A stretch of DNA of 64,000 nucleotides from an uncultured candidate division Zixibacteria bacterium (lineage in GTDB: Bacteria > Zixibacteria > MSB-5A5 > GN15 > FEB-12): NCBI GenBank assembly GCA_963664195.1, contig OY760907.1:3552001-3616000 (forward strand), given 5' to 3'. Positions 58,508 to 64,000 of the stretch are shown here, piece after piece. Under the pieces are notes generated by a model. It saw only the letters and a list, made by a program, of their open reading frames with translations, was not told where the DNA came from and made no database searches. The position numbers and the translations under genes were made by a program. How positions within the stretch are numbered: the stretch's first letter is position 1; each line of letters begins with the position of its first letter.

Positions 58508-59725
58508 ATGAGTATTAGTCTTCTTGCCCGGGAGGTAAAAGAGTCTCCGACGCTGGCCCTCAATGAGGCTGCCCGCAGACTCCGAGAGAGGGGCGAACCC
58601 GTAATCCATCTTGGCTCCGGCGAACCAAAAAGCAAGGTTCCCATTGACGCCATCATGGCCTGCGCCTCCAAGTTGAAAACAGCCGATGTTCGCTATACGC
58701 CTACCGAGGGTATCCCCTCACTGCAAAAAGCAATCATCCGTTACACTGAAGAGAACTATAACAAAATCGTTGGCCCTGAGAACGTCTGTGTTCACTCCGG
58801 CGCCAAGCAGGCCATCTACAACCTGCTGATGACAATCGTCAATCCGCAGGACGAAGTCGTGATCCTGGCCCCGTACTGGGTCAGCTATCCCGAAATCGTC
58901 AAGATGGTTTACGGTGTCCCGGTGATTGTCCAGCCCGAAGACGGCCGGTTCGCTCCCCGCATAGAGGACATCAAGGAATCGGTTGGTTCTTACACCAAAG
59001 CGATCATTATCAACAGCCCCAACAACCCGTCAGGGGAAGTCTTCTCCAATGAGTTCATCCAGGAAATCGTTGAATTCTGCGAGGCCAAGGGCATCTACCT
59101 GATAATGGATGATATTTATCACAAGCTGGTGTTCGACGGTCGCACGGCCGCCTCGGCCTACGATTACGCGAAAGCCGACGATGACACCAGCAAACTGGTG
59201 ATCGTCAACGGCGTATCCAAAGCCTATGCCATGACCGGTTTCAGGATCGGCTGGACAATCGCCAATCGCAAGGTGACGGGCGCGATGATCAACGTCGCCG
59301 CACAAAACACGTCATGCGCCTCGGTGGTGCTTCAGGCAGCCGCCCAGGGAGCACTCGACGGCATCCAAACCTGTGTGGAGAGTCTTCGCCAGACTCTGGA
59401 GAACAGCCGTAACGTCATGCTGAACGAATTGAATTCTTTCACCGGCGTACGCACGATCAAGCCGGGCGGCACATTCTATTGCCTACCGGATTTCAGCGCC
59501 TACAGCAAGGACTCAACGGCACTCTGCAAGTTCCTTCTGGACAAAGCCCGCGTGGTGACGGTTCCCGGAGTAGAATTCGGCATGGAAGGTCATCTGAGGC
59601 TGAGCTACTGCGGCAGCATCAAGGACATAACCGAAGGGGTCAAACGAATCAAATGGGCCCTCGATCCTGACTCGCCGAACGAAATCTACATCGGCGACCG
59701 CAAACTGAGGAGGGATTGGAAATGA
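58508..59725 (+). CDS. PLP-dependent class I aminotransferase (aspartate aminotransferase-like)
   Basis: GAKQA, PYWVSY, NSPNNPSG, DDIY, SKAYAMTGFRIG. Confidence 0.92.
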   Translation: MSISLLAREVKESPTLALNEAARRLRERGEPVIHLGSGEPKSKVPIDAIMACASKLKTADVRYTPTEGIPSLQKAIIRYTEENYNKIVGPENVCVHSGAKQAIYNLLMTIVNPQDEVVILAPYWVSYPEIVKMVYGVPVIVQPEDGRFAPRIEDIKESVGSYTKAIIINSPNNPSGEVFSNEFIQEIVEFCEAKGIYLIMDDIYHKLVFDGRTAASAYDYAKADDDTSKLVIVNGVSKAYAMTGFRIGWTIANRKVTGAMINVAAQNTSCASVVLQAAAQGALDGIQTCVESLRQTLENSRNVMLNELNSFTGVRTIKPGGTFYCLPDFSAYSKDSTALCKFLLDKARVVTVPGVEFGMEGHLRLSYCGSIKDITEGVKRIKWALDPDSPNEIYIGDRKLRRDWK

Positions 59726-61374
59726 GCCAGTACATAATCGATATCAAGACTCCGGCCCAGGCGCAGGCAAAAACGGTCAAGAGCGAATACAGCCTCTCGA
59801 ATTACGGTTTCCGTAATTTGCACAACGTGTATTGGAACCTTCCGGCGGAAGCGCTCTACGAAGAGATCGTTTTCCGCGGCGAGGGTAAAATAACCCTTAA
59901 CGGCGCGGTTTCTGTCGATACCGGCAGACACACCGCCCGTGCCGCCAATGACAAATTCGTGGTCAAAGAGGCCGACAGCGAAGGCAATATCTGGTGGGGC
60001 GAGTACAACCGCCCGTGCACGGTTGAGAAATTCAACGCCATGTACCAGCGCATGCAGGGATACCTGCAGGGACGCGACCTGTTTGTGCGCGACTGTTATG
60101 CCGGCGGCGACCCGAACTATCGCCTGCCGGTACGGATCATCACAGAGTATGCCTGGCATTCGCTTTTTGCCCGCAATATGTTCATACAGGCCGAAACCAA
60201 CGATGAACTTCGCAAGTTCATCCCGGATTTCACCGTTCTCGCCCTCCCGGAATTCAAAGCGGCAGAGGAGATCGATGCCACCAACTCGCCGACATTCATT
60301 ATGCTGAATTTTGATCAGCGCCTGTGCATTATCGGCAACTCCGGTTACGGCGGAGAAATCAAGAAGGCCATTTTCACTGTGCTGAACTACCTCCTTCCGC
60401 TTGAAGGTACCATGACCATGCACTGCTCGGCCAATGTCGGCGACGACGGCGACAGTGCCCTGTTCTTCGGTCTCTCCGGCACCGGCAAAACGACGCTTTC
60501 GGCCGATCCGAGTCGGAAGTTGGTCGGTGATGACGAACACGGTTGGAGCGATGAAGGGATTTTCAACTTCGAGGGCGGCTGTTATGCCAAGGTGATCGCG
60601 CTCTCCCCCACTGCCGAGCCGCAGATATATGCCTGCACCAATAAGTTCGGCACGGTGCTTGAAAACGTGATTTTTGATCCGGTGACTCGTCGCCTGGATC
60701 TTGACGACGAGGTGTTGACAGAAAACACTCGCGCTGCCTATCCGCTGGACTTCATCGACAACGCGGTTCCTGAAAAGATGGCGGGACATCCGAAGAACAT
60801 CATCATGCTGACGTGTGATGCCTCCGGTGTGATGCCGCCAATCGCGCGTCTGACCCCGGAACAGGCGATGTATCATTTCATTTCGGGGTACACTTCCAAG
60901 GTGGCCGGTACTGAGATCGGTCTCAGCACTGAACCCGAGCAGACGTTTTCCGCCTGTTTCGGCGCACCGTTTATGGTCCACCACCCGTACAAGTACGCCG
61001 AGATGTTGAAGAACAAGATCAAGAAGCACGGTTCGAGCTGCTGGCTGGTTAACACCGGTTGGACCGGCGGACCGTACGGTATCGGCAAGCGCATGAGCAT
61101 TCACCACACCCGCGCCCTGTTGAACGCAGCGCTGTCCGGTGAACTGCATAACGTTGAGTTCCGTGTCGACCCCGTGTTCGGATTTGAAGTCCCCAGGACC
61201 TGTGGCGACGTTCCTCCGAAAGTGCTGGAACCCGCCAAGACCTGGGAAGACCCGGTTGCGTACGAGGAGAAGTACGTTCAGCTTGCCTCGCTGTTCATCG
61301 AGAACTTCAAGAAGTTCCGTGACGGCACCCCGCAGGAAGTGGTCGACGCCGGACCAAAACTGGTTAAGGCCTAG
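59722..61374 (+). CDS. pckA: Phosphoenolpyruvate carboxykinase (ATP)
   Basis: YGGEIKK, MHCSAN, FFGLSGTGKTTLS, GDDEHGW, NFEGGCYAK, ENTR.AYP, NTGW.GG. Confidence 0.97.
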   Translation: MSQYIIDIKTPAQAQAKTVKSEYSLSNYGFRNLHNVYWNLPAEALYEEIVFRGEGKITLNGAVSVDTGRHTARAANDKFVVKEADSEGNIWWGEYNRPCTVEKFNAMYQRMQGYLQGRDLFVRDCYAGGDPNYRLPVRIITEYAWHSLFARNMFIQAETNDELRKFIPDFTVLALPEFKAAEEIDATNSPTFIMLNFDQRLCIIGNSGYGGEIKKAIFTVLNYLLPLEGTMTMHCSANVGDDGDSALFFGLSGTGKTTLSADPSRKLVGDDEHGWSDEGIFNFEGGCYAKVIALSPTAEPQIYACTNKFGTVLENVIFDPVTRRLDLDDEVLTENTRAAYPLDFIDNAVPEKMAGHPKNIIMLTCDASGVMPPIARLTPEQAMYHFISGYTSKVAGTEIGLSTEPEQTFSACFGAPFMVHHPYKYAEMLKNKIKKHGSSCWLVNTGWTGGPYGIGKRMSIHHTRALLNAALSGELHNVEFRVDPVFGFEVPRTCGDVPPKVLEPAKTWEDPVAYEEKYVQLASLFIENFKKFRDGTPQEVVDAGPKLVKA

Positions 61375-61394
61375 ACCTGGGTGGTGTAGATTAT

Positions 61395-61427
61395 TGCGAG
61401 GGTTACGGTCTTTCCGTAGCCCTCGCA
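61395..61427 (+). other. 14-bp stem-loop after pckA without a U tail (RNA stability or termination element)
   Basis: TGCGAGGGTTACGG-TCTTT-CCGTAGCCCTCGCA. Confidence 0.6.
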
Positions 61428-61496
61428 TCCGCTCAGAAAGAGGGCGCTGACAAGAACACGAACAACCAAGAGCAACCCGGGAGACAAAACAGACCG

Positions 61497-61787
61497 ATGC
61501 CGACATATCAGTATCTCTGCGATTCGTGTGGATACGAGTTCGAAGAATTCCAATCGATGTCCGACGATCCAATCTCAGAATGCCCTAAATGCAAGGGCAA
61601 ACCCCGCCGTTTGATCTCCGGCGGAGCCGGCTTCCTTCTCAAAGGTAACGGATTCTATCAGACCGATTACCGGAGCAGCAAATACAAAGCCGAGGCACAG
61701 AAAGACATGTCTAACGGCCTGACATCATCTTCGTCAGACTCGTCGAAAAAGACAGACAAGCCCAAATCAACGGGTGACAAGTCGTAA
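61497..61787 (+). CDS. FmdB-family zinc-ribbon protein
   Basis: MPTYQYLCDSCG..FE..Q.MSD....CPKC.G...RLIS...F..KG.GFY.TDY. Confidence 0.9.
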   Translation: MPTYQYLCDSCGYEFEEFQSMSDDPISECPKCKGKPRRLISGGAGFLLKGNGFYQTDYRSSKYKAEAQKDMSNGLTSSSSDSSKKTDKPKSTGDKS

Positions 61788-61808
61788 CCAGGGTCACAGG
61801 GAGTAATC

Positions 61809-63164
61809 ATGAGTTTCGAGGAACTGCGAGCCACATTGCTGTCACCTGATTCGCTGATTCTCGATCTGTCTGAGCACGAGGTGTACTGCCACGACGCCAC
61901 CCACTACTCCTCCACTCCGGCCGCGCTCCTTCTCGCTGAATCTGTCGAGGACATACAAACTACCGTCGCATTCTGCCACAGTCACAGCACTCCCATCACA
62001 GCTCGCGGCGCAGGCACCGGACTTTCCGGCGGCTGTGTGGCATCAAAGGGCGCACTAGTGTTGTCGACCGAACGCCTTCGCAGATTGGAAATCAACCCGG
62101 AGACGAGAACCGCCATCTGTGGTCCCGGGATCATCACCAAGGAACTCTTCGACGCCGCTGCGGAACACAATCTCAGCTATCCCCCGGACCCGGCCAGCTA
62201 CGAGGAATCCACGCTTGGCGGCAACGTGGCCGAAAACGCGGGTGGTCTTCGGTGTCTACGCTTCGGCGTCACCAAAGACTACGTTCTGGGGATGGAGGCC
62301 GTCCTCGCCGACGGGTCCTTGATCAGAACCGGCCTCTTCAACAACCACCAGGGTTTCTGTATCGGTGATGTCCTGATCGGCTCCGAGGGCACCCTGGCGA
62401 TCATCACAAAAATCGCTCTTCGCCTGATTGATCTCCCCGGCCGCGGCGACACGATACTGGCGGCGTTCGATCGACCTCTCGATGCCGCCCAGACAGTCGC
62501 CGACATTACACGCGCCGGAATCGTGCCGACCGTCATGGAATTCCTGGACGGTGACGCCGCTGCCTGCTCCAACGAATACGAGAGGACCGACGGACTGGAC
62601 AAAGTCGCGGCCATTCTCCTGCTGGAAACGCATGATCGACACCGGGCCAGCCAAACCGAGGAAATCAAGCGTTTCTGCCATTCCAACAACGCTTCTTATA
62701 TTCGCGTCGAATCAGATTCCGCCAAAGCCGAGACACTCTGGCGTGTGCGACGCAACCTGTCGAAAGCCACCAAAGCCGCAGCGCCCCTTCGCATGTTCGA
62801 GGATGTTGCCGTAACCAACAGCAAGTTCCCGATTCTCGTCGATTTCGTGGCTGACATGAATCGACAGAGCAGGCTTCGCATCAATTCCTATGGACACGCT
62901 GGCGACGGCAACCTTCACGTCAACTTCATGGCAGAATCCGACAATCCTGAGAACCGCCGGGAGATCGACGGCTGGGTTGACGTTCTCATGCACCGCACGA
63001 TTGAGCTGGGGGGGACACTTACCGGCGAACACGGGATCGGTCTAGCGAAACAGAGATACCTTGGTCTGGAATTCTCACGTCACACAGTTGAAAGTATGCG
63101 CCAGATCAAATCGCTATTTGACCCTGACGGAGTATTGAATCCGGACAAGCTGTTCCCTGTTTAG
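61809..63164 (+). CDS. FAD-linked oxidase (GlcD/D-lactate dehydrogenase-like)
   Basis: RGAGTGLSGG, PPDPAS...TLGGNVAENAGG, GSEGTL, GHAGDGNLH, GEHGIG, LNPDK. Confidence 0.92.
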   Translation: MSFEELRATLLSPDSLILDLSEHEVYCHDATHYSSTPAALLLAESVEDIQTTVAFCHSHSTPITARGAGTGLSGGCVASKGALVLSTERLRRLEINPETRTAICGPGIITKELFDAAAEHNLSYPPDPASYEESTLGGNVAENAGGLRCLRFGVTKDYVLGMEAVLADGSLIRTGLFNNHQGFCIGDVLIGSEGTLAIITKIALRLIDLPGRGDTILAAFDRPLDAAQTVADITRAGIVPTVMEFLDGDAAACSNEYERTDGLDKVAAILLLETHDRHRASQTEEIKRFCHSNNASYIRVESDSAKAETLWRVRRNLSKATKAAAPLRMFEDVAVTNSKFPILVDFVADMNRQSRLRINSYGHAGDGNLHVNFMAESDNPENRREIDGWVDVLMHRTIELGGTLTGEHGIGLAKQRYLGLEFSRHTVESMRQIKSLFDPDGVLNPDKLFPV

Positions 63165-63193
63165 TTTTTTTTGGACTTCTGTAAGTTCAACAC

Positions 63194-63222
63194 TTGACAA
63201 CAGTTGAAACGGGCACTAATTT
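63194..63222 (+). promoter_or_regulatory. Sigma-70 promoter of citrate synthase
   Basis: TTGACA-N17-TAATTT. Confidence 0.6.
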
Positions 63223-63230
63223 CGTAGGCA

Positions 63231-63248
63231 ATGTGAAACATTTCACAT
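63231..63248. promoter_or_regulatory. Palindromic Rex-type (also CRP/FNR-family-like) operator
   Basis: ATGTGAA-ACAT-TTCACAT, immediately downstream of the -10 box. Confidence 0.65.
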
Positions 63249-63325
63249 CGTTGCACTTGCGGTTCGACCAGGTATGACCACTTTTCTCGTTTACCATATT
63301 GGAAGCCAGATAAAAGGAGATCATC

Positions 63326-64000
63326 ATGGCTAAGACTCTCAAAGAAAAACTCGGGACTATTATTCCCAAACTCCGCGAAGAGCGTGTGAAGCTCATGAAG
63401 GGGTACGGGGACAAAAAGATTTCTGAGGTCACTGTCGCACAGGCCATCGGCGGCATGCGCGGCGTCAAAGGAATGGTGTGCGACACGTCAGTCGTGGAAC
63501 CGGACTCAGGATTGATCGTCCGCGGCACGCCTATTATGAAGCTGCGGAATCGCTGGCCGGAGGAAATCTTCTGGTGTCTGTGCGTCGGCAAGTTCCCCAC
63601 CAAGGATGAGCTCGCCCTGTTGCAGAAGGAGCTGAGGAAAGCCGGCAAGGTGCCGGATTACGTTTGGAAGGTCCTCAAGGCCATGCCGAAATCTTCGCAC
63701 CCGATGGCAATGCTTGACACAGCCATTCTCGCGATGGAAAACGAATCAGAATTCCGCAAGCAGTACAGCAAAGGTCTCAACAAGATGGACTACTGGAAAC
63801 CGACCCTGGACGACGCTATGCGTATCCTCGGCACGATCCACACCATTGCTGCTGGCGTCTACCGCATCAAGTATTTCAAGGGAAAACTGATCAACCCGTC
63901 GCCGAAACTCGACATGGGCGCCAACTACGCCAAGATGCTCGGCCTTCCGCCTGCCAAGGGTGAGACTGCCGAAATGGTCCGCCTCTACCTGACTCTCCAC
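63326..64000 (+). CDS. gltA: Citrate synthase, eukaryote-like type (3' truncated; absent from the ORF track)
   Basis: AAGGAG SD. MAKTLKEKL...EVTVAQAIGGMRGVKGMVCDTS...GLIVRG...PEEIFW...HPMAML...NYAKMLG...RLYLTLH. Confidence 0.92.
   Translation, partial: MAKTLKEKLGTIIPKLREERVKLMKGYGDKKISEVTVAQAIGGMRGVKGMVCDTSVVEPDSGLIVRGTPIMKLRNRWPEEIFWCLCVGKFPTKDELALLQKELRKAGKVPDYVWKVLKAMPKSSHPMAMLDTAILAMENESEFRKQYSKGLNKMDYWKPTLDDAMRILGTIHTIAAGVYRIKYFKGKLINPSPKLDMGANYAKMLGLPPAKGETAEMVRLYLTLH

Noticed and set aside
59686..61572. 628-aa minus-strand ORF
   Set aside because: Antisense shadow of pckA with no recognisable motifs; explained by the codon bias of the real gene.

Overview
Bacterial chromosomal segment from a diderm, LPS-producing organism. 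Secreted proteins with a C-terminal NYPNPFNP/FlgD-Ig sorting domain, a PorV-family barrel and a eukaryote-type citrate synthase suggest an FCB-group lineage such as candidate division Zixibacteria (inference, not tested). From left to right: (1) an accessory block ending at tRNA-Ala(GGC), with at least three tandem TonB-C-terminal-domain paralogs, a 21-bp-phased ATTCGTA array, a sigma-54-type promoter driving an apparent structured ncRNA, and small membrane ORFs; (2) an MFS pump, an ECF sigma/anti-sigma pair, deoC, a catalytically altered archaemetzincin, a MrfA-type helicase, mlaEFD, a PP-loop tRNA thiolase-like gene, a second candidate sigma-54 sRNA, an OPT transporter, a SET protein, GGDEF/xerD/comF and an M28 peptidase; (3) a tightly coupled 16.5-kb operon encoding a ~3,360-aa secreted surface protein, a PorV-like barrel fused to TPRs, a HAMP-SpoIIE phosphatase, a STAS-RsbW fusion, a STAS protein and a GAF/PAS histidine kinase, which is the best candidate for an undescribed trans-envelope sensing system; (4) rel, LPS glycosyltransferases and an MsbA-like ABC transporter, housekeeping hydrolases, frameshifted prfB, pta, an aspartate aminotransferase, pckA, a glcD-like oxidase and a citrate synthase cut by the window edge with a Rex/CRP-type operator. 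No rRNA, CRISPR array, transposase or phage genes were seen.
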